Virus record (IMG/VR): IMGVR_UViG_3300032269_001075
Location: 1 to 42,288 of that record
Origin: a virus
Lineage: Duplodnaviria; Caudoviricetes
Reading direction: 5' to 3' (one strand)
Length of the DNA: 42,288 bases
Each line of letters starts with the position of its first letter. Position 1 is the stretch's first letter. The position numbers and the translations under genes were made by a program. Below, piece after piece: positions 11,204 to 21,655 of the stretch. Below the pieces are notes generated by a model, which saw only the letters and a list, made by a program, of their open reading frames with translations, made no database searches and had not been told where the DNA came from.

Positions 11204-12692
11204 AAAATTGTTTAATTACTACTTTTGCTTTTCCTAGCAAAGGTATGTCTTCTAAAGCTATTATTATAAACGCTTGACAGTCAATTCTGTCATCACGTCT
11301 ACCATTAGGAAAAGCCAGCAATTCAAGCTCATAGTCTGAATCTTTTCCTTTGAGATGCCATATAACTCCATTCTGATACATACCAAGAAGACCCCTTATT
11401 CTTGTTTCTTTGGCACTACGCGGTCTTATTTCATGAATAACGAAGTATTGCCCAGTTTTCTGTTGCCTTTCTTGTATGAGGTATTTTAGAGCTTCCTGAT
11501 AGGCAATAGTTTCTATCCACAACTCACTATGAAATTCTTTTGCATGTACAAAGACTAAATCTATTAATTGTTGTGGAGTATATCTCCCAGCGTCTTCTCT
11601 TAATCTATAAATATTAGGTCCATCAACTTCTTTAGCTACAGTTAGGACCACAGCATTGTCAGCACTTTTTTTCTGACTTATAGCAGGGTCAACCAAAGTG
11701 AAGTATCTGAGATTTTTATATTTTAAATCATCAGGTTCATAATACTTAAACATCTCTTCTTTAAACTCTGCAGTTTCTTTTAAAATAGGATTTTGTTGAT
11801 ACTGAGAAGCATAATAATATAATGATGTAGATTTAATATTGTTTATAAAATCTCAATTAAATTTTTTAGGATATATTAATTCATTTTTTTTTCTTAAAAG
11901 TCTATTATCAATTTTACTATACTCATCTTCTTCAGCAATAAAAGGAAAGTTTATAATCTGCCACCCCTCTACAGATTCTCCTGCCGACGCTCTTCTGTCA
12001 TCTTCCTCCAGTAAGCGCGCCACGAGGTCATTCTGATTCCATCTCTGCATAATTACAATTATAGCCGACGTACCCTCCATACGCGAATATAGTGTAGAGC
12101 GATAATAATCCCATACTTGCTTCTGATATGCTTGTGACTCCGCTGAAGCACGGTCTTTTACAATGTCATCAATCATCAGAATTTTAAAACCCTTTCCTGT
12201 TACAGGGCCACCAAGCCCCACCGCATAAAACGAAGAATCATAATTAGGGTTTGAAGTTCCGTCTTCCTTTAAATGTGATAATTTAAAATTAGTTTTACCT
12301 CTCGTGTCTTTTCTCATCTTTACACTTGGGAATATCGCCTGATAAACAGGGTTGCTTATAATATCACGAGTTTTCTGCCCTATATCTTCCGACAATTCCG
12401 CCCCGTATGTACTTACAATGATTGGTAGTGACTTATATTTTCCTAACGCCCATGCTGAAAAGTTTATAGAAGCAAGTTGTGTTTTACCGCAGCGTGGAGG
12501 AACAGTTATAATAATTCTTCTTGAAAGATTTTTTTCCATTGTATCTTTTAATACTCCCTCTAGGATATGTGAAATCTCTTCATGGAATCACTCAGCTTCA
12601 TATTTTTCATTTATGTATTCTGAAAAAGAAACCAATGAATCCTTAGAAGCCCTTACTGCAAACTTTATTTTTTCTATTTCTTCTTCATTCAT
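11178..12692 (-). CDS. terL: Terminase large subunit, 504 aa with TGA=Trp
   Basis: Walker A VPPRCGKT, Walker B LMIDD, MQRW coupling motif, nuclease motifs VDPA and FPNGRRDDRIDC; two halves joined by TGA at 11853; N-terminal YEAE[W]FHEEI. Confidence 0.93.
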
Positions 12693-12709
12693 ATTTTTAT
12701 AATACTTTA

Positions 12710-13138
12710 TTATTTTTCTTCTAGTAAGGGAGCAGAATTTTGAAAACTTCTTTTCTGCATTTTTTGAAACTTGTCATCTGAGATTCCTAACATATTAAAA
12801 TTAAAAACATTAGCATTATCTTTTTTCTCAGGTTCTGATGTTAACTCTTTAAACAGTTTTAATTCTTCCAGTTTTTTATTATTTGATAAATCTTTTATTC
12901 TTTTATAGCTTAAATGTAGTAATTCAGGAAGTTTAGATTTTGCCCAATTACGAATTTCTTTATCTACGTCATTTGGGAATGTGTCTTTTATTTCAAAAGA
13001 AAGTATATCTTCTTCATCTATATTATATTTCTTTTTGAAAGTGTCTTTTGGTGGTCTTGCGTCAGGGTCTTGACAATATCACTTGATATACATTTTATAT
13101 TTTTGCTCTTGGGTTAAAGTTATTATTTCTTTTGACAT
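12710..13138 (-). CDS. Probable terminase small subunit, 142 aa (one TGA)
   Basis: ATG 13138, MYIK[W]YCQDP..., TAA at 12710; immediately upstream of terL; function from position only. Confidence 0.5.
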
Positions 13139-13144
13139 AAAATT

Positions 13145-13155
13145 ATTATAGCATA
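13145..13155 (-). promoter_or_regulatory. Extended -10 motif TATGCTATAAT
   Basis: 6 nt upstream of ATG 13138. Confidence 0.6.
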
Positions 13156-13853
13156 GAATATGGGACATATTCTTTTACTTTGGATTTGAATTGGTCTAAA
13201 GTAAGAACTTCTATATGATTAAAAATTGGATTTGTGTCCATATATTTTTTTCTTTTTAGATTAAATTCTTTTATTAAAGAGTCGGCATCTTTTGATATTA
13301 AAACATAATATACTTTTTCTTTTGTATTTCTATATTTACTATTTTTAATATTTATAATTCCAACAAAGTTATGAAAAGTGGAAGTCTCTAATACATCTAC
13401 ATGGAAATTATTTGTTTTATTATAAATATAAAAATCAGAACGAGTATTTAAATAATATGTTTTTTGTTGATGTATAAATGGTTCAGAAAAGTATTTTAAT
13501 AACTCTTCATATACCAACGACTCATTTTTTTTATTTTTTTCTATTGATTCTTTAGCTTTTATGGAACGTGGTTTTCCTTTAGTGTAATCAATCACCTCAA
13601 GTCCTAAGTCTTGCCTTAGTTTAATTAAACCACCGAACTTACGTTGTATAGTCCTGGACGACGGCAAATAACTACAGGAGTCAAATTCTTGAGCTGTAGG
13701 GTATCTTCCACATTCTTCATGGAATCTATCCATAGAGAACTTTATAAAGTTTAAAGACACACCCCCCATAGCTTTAATTTGTGATAAACCTGATTTATCA
13801 AAAGACGAAAAACTTTGTATTTCATCTTGATTATTGTTTGTATATAATTTCAT
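13146..13853 (-). CDS. Putative free-standing homing endonuclease (homing-endonuclease-associated repeat plus PD-(D/E)xK-like domain)
   Basis: RFHEECGRYPTAQEF...LPSSRTIQRKFGG resembles the homing-endonuclease-associated repeat; RSDFYI...FHVDV resembles a nuclease core. Confidence 0.55.
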   Translation of the reverse strand: MKLYTNNNQDEIQSFSSFDKSGLSQIKAMGGVSLNFIKFSMDRFHEECGRYPTAQEFDSCSYLPSSRTIQRKFGGLIKLRQDLGLEVIDYTKGKPRSIKAKESIEKNKKNESLVYEELLKYFSEPFIHQQKTYYLNTRSDFYIYNKTNNFHVDVLETSTFHNFVGIINIKNSKYRNTKEKVYYVLISKDADSLIKEFNLKRKKYMDTNPIFNHIEVLTLDQFKSKVKEYVPYSML

Positions 13854-13859
13854 ATATTT

Positions 13860-14905
13860 ATTTTATGTCTTTATAGTGTATCATACGACTTCTTAAAAAG
13901 CAAATATACGACATAGGTTAGAATTTGGAGCGGTGTGCTTAGATGTTGTAGTATAGGGTAGTCTGGCAGGGGCCAAACCCCGTCCCCCTGAAGCCCCCTA
14001 GCGATTAATAGATAATATCTATTGACATATAATATAAAGTATTGTCTTATATAAAATTAAAAAAGAAAGTAAAACAGTGTCGCCATCTTATAATAGCGAC
14101 TAACATAAAATGTATATTCTACGACTACATCCAAAATATCCCTATTTTTCAATGTTTTTTAACATCAAGCATGTTAAAACAAAAAATCAACTAAAAAACT
14201 TGACACAATCAGCCAATCATAGCACAATCAAACAACTCAAAAATCTCTCAAAAAATCATCTCATCGCTCGGGGGGGGTATATATACATCAAAATAATATT
14301 TTTATTAAAAAAAAAAAAAAAAAAAAATAAAAAAGAAACACTAAATACTTGACTTTTTTTAAAAAAATGGTGTAATTTTATAAAGAAAAATAAGCATCAA
14401 TTTATATAATTTATTTTGAAAAAAATCTTTTTTTTCGACGATATATACACCACCCCATAGCAGGGTAAAGTATTTTTTCATAAAAATAAAAGATAACTGT
14501 TGATAACTCATTTTTTATCTTACATCAAAATAACCCTTATTTATCAAGCCCTTTATCAACATCATAATAACACATATTTTAATTTTGTAAAATTATAATA
14601 AAAATCACTTGACTTTATTTTTTTATTGAATTATACTTAAAAACATAAAAATTAAATCAAAAAAAATAATTTTAAAATAATTTTAAAATAAAAATAAAAT
14701 CATTTTTATGTCAAACAATATAATGAAAAAAATAAAAATACAAAATTTTAATAACATAAAATTAAATGATTTGTCAAGTGATATGATTAGATTACTATTG
14801 ACAAAAAGATATTTATAATTTGTTATTATACTATATATTTATTTTATATAGTATAAAATACAGTTTATAAAAATTAATAATATAAAAAATAAACTGTTAA
14901 AAAAA
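13860..14905. other. About 1 kb non-coding, very AT-rich strand-switch region (candidate origin, packaging or early-promoter region)
   Basis: No credible ORF; coding strand switches here; long A run near 14306-14327, G/C runs, several TTGAC hexamers. Confidence 0.6.
14609..14637 (+). promoter_or_regulatory. Sigma70-type early promoter
   Basis: TTGACT-N17-TATACT upstream of the plus-strand small-gene cluster. Confidence 0.6.
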
Positions 14906-15008
14906 AATATGCAAAAAATAAAATATTATAAATTTGGCGGTCTTATGCTAGCAGTTAACAATCGTAATGAGATAGTCTCTCATCTTAAAATAAATAATAA
15001 ATAAATAT

Positions 15009-15149
15009 ATGAATAAAAAAACAATCAACACAAAATTAAAAAGCATAAATGAATACACCCAAAGTGAGGTAAATGCAATGTCTATGAGAGAATACCGCAG
15101 AATAGTTAGCCGAGACGATCTCATCGGGTCAAACAGAATTTTTAAATAA
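15009..15149 (+). CDS. Small hypothetical protein, 46 aa
   Basis: ATG after an A-rich leader, TAA stop. Confidence 0.45.
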   Translation: MNKKTINTKLKSINEYTQSEVNAMSMREYRRIVSRDDLIGSNRIFK

Positions 15150-15159
15150 TTTTATGCAA

Positions 15160-15516
15160 GACGCAAGATTACAATTATAACACTATCATTAAAATAAAAT
15201 AATTATATGACAAAAAAAAAATTACCTAGCATTAAAGGTTATAATAAAGACGGGTCAGTCTATAGGGCTATAGTATATACTAACAGTCAAATTTGAGATA
15301 GATTTAATCTTTATGTAAAAGAGTTATTAGAAAATTCTAACATTACTGATTATGATAAATTATTTTTATCAAAATTAAAAACTCTTAAAGATAAAAAAAA
15401 TATATATAGCAATTTGACTATAAGAGACTATTTTTATAAATTCAACAATTGAGATATGACGCAAGATTACAATTATAACACTATCATTAAAATAAAATAA
15501 TTATATGACAAAAAAA
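15160..15516 (+). repeat. 59-bp perfect direct repeat (15160-15218 and 15458-15516)
   Basis: gacgcaagattacaattataacactatcattaaaataaaataattatatgacaaaaaaa occurs twice; each copy includes a start codon. Confidence 0.9.
15207..15500 (+). CDS. Hypothetical protein, 97 aa (2 TGA)
   Basis: Open only with TGA=Trp; starts in repeat copy 1 and ends in copy 2. Confidence 0.6.
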
Positions 15517-15855
15517 CAATTAATAACATTTTTAGAAAAGATGGAGGTTTCAAGATATAGCACAATAGATGATGACTACACAGCAATATATAATGCTTGT
15601 ATTGAATATCAAAATGAAAGTCGAGATTGAAGTTTGGATGAATATTTTGGAAATTTTATGAATGAAGATTTTGCTGAAGAATACATCGTAAATTCTATCA
15701 AAAACGGTGGGCTTAATAGACTTAAATTTATGATTGAAGGTGTTGATCTAAATGCTGATTTGTTTCTTTTAAATGGTTATGGCAATTTAGAAAATGTGGA
15801 ACCGAGAAATATTGAAGACTTAAAAGATGATTTATTAAGAGAGTTATGAAAATAA
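15505..15855 (+). CDS. Hypothetical protein, 116 aa
   Basis: Extends track ORF 15634..15849 through TGA at both ends. Confidence 0.65.
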
Positions 15856-16460
15856 TTTGTAAAAATAAAATGAAAAAAACATATAAAAAAACAATAGTTA
15901 AAAATAGGTTAGAGATTAGTTTTGATGATTACCCCACAAGTCCGAGAATTTTAATGTCGAATTTAGGGTATTTTATAACATGCGAAAAAGAGTATTGTAG
16001 TCCTGATAGACAAAATGATTTGATTAATATTGTTAAAAATACGGGAGAGATAGCAATGTCTCAAAAAGAGCATATTGAGTTGATAAAAAAAGAGATTAAA
16101 GAAAATTTGAATGAAAAGGTGATAGCAATATATCCGATTACAAAATACGAGCATGGGGGAGTTGTTTATAAATTGGGGTCTTTTAATGGTTTTGATTATA
16201 GTCAGTGTGGCTTTTATATTATCACTGATAAAACACAAAAAGAGTTGGGGGGGTTAAAGAAAAATTTTGAAAAGGTTGTTAGAGTAGAGTTAGAAACATA
16301 TAACAGTTATGTTAATGGTGAAATGTTTAGGTATGTTTTGTTTGATCAAAACGGGAAGGTTAAAGACAGTTGTTGTGGCTTTTATGATATTGAAAGTATA
16401 AGGGAGTATTTACCTGATGAATTTAAAAATGATAATTTACAAAATTACTTTATAAATTAA
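15846..16460 (+). CDS. Hypothetical phage protein (start may be ATG 15870)
   Basis: 204-aa ORF with YEHGG, FDYSQCGF, ELETYNSYVNGE and DSCCGFY motifs typical of early phage hypotheticals. Confidence 0.75.
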   Translation: MKIICKNKMKKTYKKTIVKNRLEISFDDYPTSPRILMSNLGYFITCEKEYCSPDRQNDLINIVKNTGEIAMSQKEHIELIKKEIKENLNEKVIAIYPITKYEHGGVVYKLGSFNGFDYSQCGFYIITDKTQKELGGLKKNFEKVVRVELETYNSYVNGEMFRYVLFDQNGKVKDSCCGFYDIESIREYLPDEFKNDNLQNYFIN

Positions 16461-16464
16461 AAAT

Positions 16465-16881
16465 ATGACACGAACACAATTCTACATAAAAAAAGATAAT
16501 AAATACTATAAAGCATTTTATAGAAACGGCGATAGTTATGAGACACAACCCTTTGGGTTGTCTATTAAAAATACTTTTAATTGAGAGATAAAGTTTTTTG
16601 GTGATGAAACTTTTTATACTAGTATTGATATAATTATATCTAAAATAGCACTAGATTATGCTTGCTATAATGCAAGATACACTAGTATAGATTTATCATT
16701 ACATAATAGTATAGATTTAGTAGCACAAGATTTTGAAAAAGATTATAAGTATGTTATGGATTGACAAAATAGAGAAGTGAAAAAAGAAAGCATAACATTT
16801 GATACATTTGATGATTGAATTTGTATTATGGATTTTGATTTGAAAGTTATTAATTGATTAAATACAATATGATATAAATAA
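16465..16881 (+). CDS. Hypothetical protein, 138 aa (5 TGA)
   Basis: Exactly fills the gap between neighbouring genes when TGA=Trp. Confidence 0.7.
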
Positions 16882-16885
16882 AAAT

Positions 16886-17152
16886 ATGAAAATAAAAGTA
16901 AAAATTATTAAACAAGATTTTAGCAGCAAAATGAATGTTATTGAGGTTGGAGATGTTGTATATTGTTTTTCTTATACAACGTGTATAGCAATTAAAAATA
17001 ACACATTAGATGGTAGGGTGATACTTGATAAAGAGTATTGAGATTACTCATCTACGACGAGGAAGCACCGCAATGCTTTTCTATGTGAAGATAAAAGTGA
17101 GACTTTGAAAAAGATTAAAAGCGGGCAGTATTTATTAGAAGATTTAAATTAA
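16886..17152 (+). CDS. Small conserved-looking phage protein, 88 aa
   Basis: FSYTTCIA...LDKEY[W]DYSSTTRKHRNAFL...KIKSGQYLLEDLN; a recurring phage motif with Trp at the TGA position. Confidence 0.75.
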
Positions 17153-17334
17153 AAACAAAATTATGAAAAGAAAAAAAACACTATCACAATTAAAAAAAGC
17201 ACTTAATACTATAGACAGCATGTATGTTGATGACAGCAAGTTTGATAGCATATTGTCTCATTATTATATAAGATTAGAGCAATTAATAGAAGACTTTGAG
17301 GAAGATAATAGAATATATAACACAAAATAATTAT

Positions 17335-17535
17335 ATGAATGAATTTAAAAAAACAATACTAAAAGATATTATAGATGATATTTTAGAAAGTGAAGAGTAC
17401 AGCAATATTTTATATAATCACATAGAAAAATACATAGAGCAGAATAAAATAACAGATGAGGATTTAATAGATGGGTTAAGAGATAAAATGTGAAGTTATT
17501 TTGATGAGGCTATAACAATATTATTAAGAAACTAA
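17335..17535 (+). CDS. Hypothetical protein, 66 aa
   Basis: ATG 17335, one TGA, TAA stop. Confidence 0.55.
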
Positions 17536-17687
17536 AAAAAAATATGACAAAAAAAGAAAAAGCAATAATATCAGCAGGTTATCGTATAGGGTGTGGCACT
17601 TGTGATGACATACACGCAGTGGTAGGAAAAAGCACAAATTATCAATGTTTTAAATGTTATTATCAAAATTAAAAATAAAATAATTAT

Positions 17688-17900
17688 ATGACAAAAACTA
17701 TAAATGTAAGTTATCAAATTAAAAAAAAGTTATCAAAGCAAGAAGTAAAAGAGCAGGGGATAATAGACAAACCTTGTTTAGGGTTGAAATATTATCTATC
17801 TATTAATAATTTAATAATAGACAGCGATGGAATTATAAGAGGTGAATTAATAAATAATAAAAAACACTACTACATAAAGTATGATTTAGGAGACTTTTAA
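17688..17900 (+). CDS. Hypothetical protein, 70 aa
   Basis: Track ORF with an A-rich leader like its neighbours. Confidence 0.55.
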   Translation: MTKTINVSYQIKKKLSKQEVKEQGIIDKPCLGLKYYLSINNLIIDSDGIIRGELINNKKHYYIKYDLGDF

Positions 17901-18285
17901 GAGACACTGAATTATACACGGCTATAAATAAATTTTTAGATGGTATGAAGTATATAATCAAATTAGAAGATGTTGGTTATAAGATAAATAAAAATTGTGA
18001 AGATGTGTTTAGTGAGGCTTTGTTTGAACTTTATAAGGATATTAAAAAAATTAAATATTAAAAGTATGCTTGATAAAAAAGACTATATAACATTAAATAT
18101 TATTGTAAGAGTATTAGACGATGAGGGTATAGATAAGGGTAAAAGATTTAAAGATAGGGTTAGAAAACTTTTACATGAAGTATATATTTTAACAAAAGAT
18201 TTAAAATAAAAATATAATCAAAAATAAGACTTAAAAAGTGGGGAGAACATATTGGAGATGTTTATGGTTTTAAACATAAAAATAC

Positions 18286-18328
18286 TGTGGATAAGTAGAT
18301 TGACTTTTGAGGAGCACTATCATATAAT
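18286..18328 (+). promoter_or_regulatory. Sigma70-type promoter with an upstream DnaA box
   Basis: TGTGGATAA-N5-TTGACT-N17-TATAAT. Confidence 0.75.
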
Positions 18329-18372
18329 ATAGATGATATATTATTAAACATAAAAATTAAATTAACAATAAA

Positions 18373-18867
18373 ATGAAACAAAAAAAAATAACTACTGTAT
18401 ATTTTACAGAAGAGACGCTGAAAAAAATAGAAGATATAGAAAAAGAAACAGGCGTAACTGGGACCACTTCTGTTGTGGCTATGTGTATAAACTTTTATCA
18501 CAAAAAAGAAATAGACAATTATGTTGGAGCAATTAAAACACGCCCAGCAAAAGCAATGACTGATGATGATAAAATAAAAAAGACAGAAGATAGAAAAGAA
18601 AAAGAATTACAGTATCAAATAGAACAGTGCGAGAATATAGCAAAAGAATTAAACGCTGTGATATTTACAAATGAAACAGGGGTTAAGACCGCGAGGTGAA
18701 ATATCTATGAGAAAGGGAATGAATATAATGTTTCAATCTCGGAAGTATCCAAAGCATTAATTGAGTTAAGCGACTTTGATATTGAGAAACAATATAGAGA
18801 GGCTACAAAAAGTGAGATAGAAGAGATGATGAGCAGAGAGGAGGTTTCAATTAGCAGATATAAATAA
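18373..18867 (+). CDS. Putative ribbon-helix-helix-like DNA-binding protein, 164 aa
   Basis: N-terminal KITTVYFTEETLKKIEDIEKETG...SVVAMCIN; extends through TGA at 18697 to TAA at 18867. Confidence 0.55.
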
Positions 18868-18871
18868 ATAT

Positions 18872-19150
18872 ATGAAAACAAAAAAAATAAAATCACCAGT
18901 TCAACCTATAGAAGAAAAATTTGAAAGTCTTGAAGCAATACTTTTATCTCATGGTAAGATGATGACACTCTTGAATGAAAATCAGGCAAGATTTGATAAT
19001 TGAAGCATTTTTATACAAGAAATGATAAGCAGTATTGCTATTAAATCAAAAATAAAACCTCAAGATGTATATGATATAATGAAAGACAAAGAAAAAGTTA
19101 ATAGGTTTCAAGATGAATTTCTAAAGATTATTAAAGGGATTAAAAATTAA
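18872..19150 (+). CDS. Hypothetical protein, 92 aa (one TGA)
   Basis: Fills the gap before the helicase when TGA=Trp. Confidence 0.6.
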
Positions 19151-19159
19151 TAAAAAATT

Positions 19160-21397
19160 ATGAACACCGCACAAAACATAATAAAAAACGACTACTTAAG
19201 AGACTGGTCTATTAATGACAAGATTACTTTCTGTGAGTATTATCAAAAAAGAATACCACTAACACCAAACTTGTATCCCCATCAGCAGAAAATGTTAGAA
19301 AAGAACCCATCAAAACACTTGCTTGCTTTTTCCACGGGGACAGGTAAAACAATTACTGCTATTGCTCTTGCTAACAAAAATGCTACAGCAAGTTTGCTTG
19401 TGATAGCACCAAAAACAAATGTAAAGATGTGGTGTCAGGAGTTATCAAAGTTTATAAAGCCTGAAACTTATTGTATGGTTTTGAGTAAGGAAGAATTTAA
19501 AAGTCAGGCAAAAACTTTGTTTGCTTTTGATGTTGTGATTGTTGATGAATGTTTTGTCGCTGGAACAAAAGTAAAAACAATAAATGGTTATAAAAATATA
19601 GAAGATATAAAGATTGGAGAAGTGGTTTATAATGCTTGTGGAATTGGGAAAGTTCAAAATGTAGGAGTTAAAGAAGTTGATGAGATATATAAAATAAAAC
19701 TTTCAAATGGAAAAGAAATTGAATGTACTGGGGAGCATCCATTCTTGACGACTAATGGTTGGGTAAAAGTTAAAGATTTAATCCTTGATAATAGTGAGTT
19801 GTTGCATTATTGTAAAGTTTATGATATGATAAATTTATATGATATTAACTTGCGAAGTTTGCAAAAACAAAATAACAAAAATCTCTCGTGGGAGGGTAAA
19901 GAGAACATGCTCAAGGAGTTGTCAGACGAAATTGATGTGGATGGAACATGGGAAAAAAATTCACAAGGGATTACTCAATTCATACAAAAAAGACAAGATG
20001 AGAGCAGTCAATTCTTCGGAGAGAATGAAGAAAAACAATCCCATGAAGAATTTAGAGACAAGATTGAAGATGTCTCAAACATTAAAAATGATTGGACACA
20101 AGCCAAAAATACAGGGTGGGAATGGGAAAGAAATGCCAATTCCACAAAGAGTTTTATTAACAGCGTTAGGGAGTGGTTGGTATGCAGAGCATATTGTAAT
20201 AACAAAAAATGTGTTGGGGGCCCCAAACAATTACAAAATAGATATTGCAAATCCGAAAAAGCATATTGCTATAGAAGTGGATGGTCCAAGTCATTACTCC
20301 ATTTTAAGGAAAAATCAAGACAGAAAGAAAGAAGAAGTTTTGAAAAGATTAGGGTGGAAAGTATTCAGATTCAAAAATCAGGAAGTGATGGAAAATTTAA
20401 AGTCTATAATCTTGAAGTTTCAGGACACCCGTCATATATAGTTGAAGATATTGTGGTTCATAATTGTCATTATTTTTTTGGGATTAAAAGTCAAATGAGT
20501 AAGGCACTAGCATACTATAACAAAAAACACTCTACAAAATATTTATATCTTGCTACCGCCACACCATATCTATCTACACCAATGAATATTTATGTTGCAG
20601 GGAAACTGCTTGGGGCAAACTGAAATTATCAAGACTTTATAAACAAATTCTTTTATTATCTTCCTATGGGGCATAGAAGTATCCCTGTGCAAAGAAAGGG
20701 AATGGAAGAGGAAGTTTCTGCTCTAGTGTCGCAGATAGGGACTACTGTAGATATGGAAGAAGTTGCAGACGTCCCTGAACCCGAACTAAATAATTACTTT
20801 TTTGATAATACTGAAGAACAAAACAAGGCTATATTAGACTTTTTTGACCCTGAATTTATTGTAAGATTTACAAAAAAACACACAATGGAAAATGGATTTT
20901 TTAAAAACGATGATGGCGAGATTGTATATTTAGAAAATAAGAAAGAAGAATTTATTTTAAATTTTGCAAAAGAAAATAAAAAGTTTATTGTGGTTGCTAG
21001 ATACATACCACAATTAAATAAATATAAACAGCTATTAGAGAAAGATGGATATAAAACTTTAGAATTAAATGGCTCTATCAAAGACAGGCAAAGTGTTATT
21101 GATGAAGCCAACAAATTAGAAAAGGTTATATTATTAATCCAAGCATCATGCTCGGCGGGTTTTGAATTACCTACATTTAAGACCATGATTTTTGCCTCAC
21201 TTTCATTTTCACTGGTAGATTATGTGCAAATGATTGGGAGAATACAAAGAATTAATGCACTACAAGAGTGTCAGTATATACACCTGACACAAAATGGAGT
21301 GGATAGGGACATTAAAAAATGTATTGATGAAAAGCAAGACTTTACTCTCGCCATATATGGTAAAGAGTATGGTAATTATAAATTAAAAGAAGAATAA
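19160..21397 (+). CDS. SF2 (SNF2-like) DExH helicase precursor with intein; 745 aa, 440 aa after splicing
   Basis: LYPHQ (Q motif), TGTGKT (I), VIVDE/CH (II, split by intein), ATATP (III), SAGFEL (V), QMIGRIQR (VI); two track ORFs joined in frame by TGA at 20621. Confidence 0.92.
19802..19830 (+). promoter_or_regulatory. Internal promoter for the nested endonuclease
   Basis: TTGCAT-N17-TATGAT with TGn extension; ATG 19839 follows 8 nt after the -10. Confidence 0.6.
19839..20441 (+). CDS. Nested +1-frame DUF559/Vsr-like endonuclease with N-terminal Zn-binding and NUMOD3-like motifs, 200 aa
   Basis: CEVC...TCSRSC; NNPMKNLETRLKMSQTLK; YKIDIA...IAIEVDGPSH...DRKKEEVLKRLGWKVFRFKNQEV. Confidence 0.88.
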   Translation: MILTCEVCKNKITKISRGRVKRTCSRSCQTKLMWMEHGKKIHKGLLNSYKKDKMRAVNSSERMKKNNPMKNLETRLKMSQTLKMIGHKPKIQGGNGKEMPIPQRVLLTALGSGWYAEHIVITKNVLGAPNNYKIDIANPKKHIAIEVDGPSHYSILRKNQDRKKEEVLKRLGWKVFRFKNQEVMENLKSIILKFQDTRHI

Positions 21398-21405
21398 ATA
21401 AAATT

Positions 21406-21654
21406 ATGTTATACACAAATCTAAACAACGAGTTCGGAGAAAGTTATTATCGTAAAGAAAAAAGAGACAAAAAAAGACAATTAATAAAAAACACTATCAT
21501 AACAATAATATTAATAACTCTAGCAACGATATCTTTATCAAAACTTTACATCGCTTATGCCGAAGTAAGAGAAATGAAAGATAAAAATTTATCAATGAAA
21601 GAAGTCAGACAATACTTAATCTGAAAAAAAGTAGTAATGACAAATAACAAATAA
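21406..21654 (+). CDS. Small membrane protein, 82 aa
   Basis: Hydrophobic stretch TIITIILITLATISL; extends through TGA to TAA. Confidence 0.6.
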
Positions 21655-21655
21655 T

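Larger units (their letters stand above)
19550..20464 (+). mobile_element. Intein (305 aa) inserted in the helicase DExH motif
   Basis: Block A CFVAGTKV, block B IECTGEHPFLT, block F VYNLEVSGHPSYIVE, block G VVHN followed by +1 Cys. Confidence 0.93.

Noticed and set aside
14110-14352. 80-aa plus-strand ORF ending in poly-Lys
   Set aside because: It arises from A-rich non-coding sequence and homopolymer runs.
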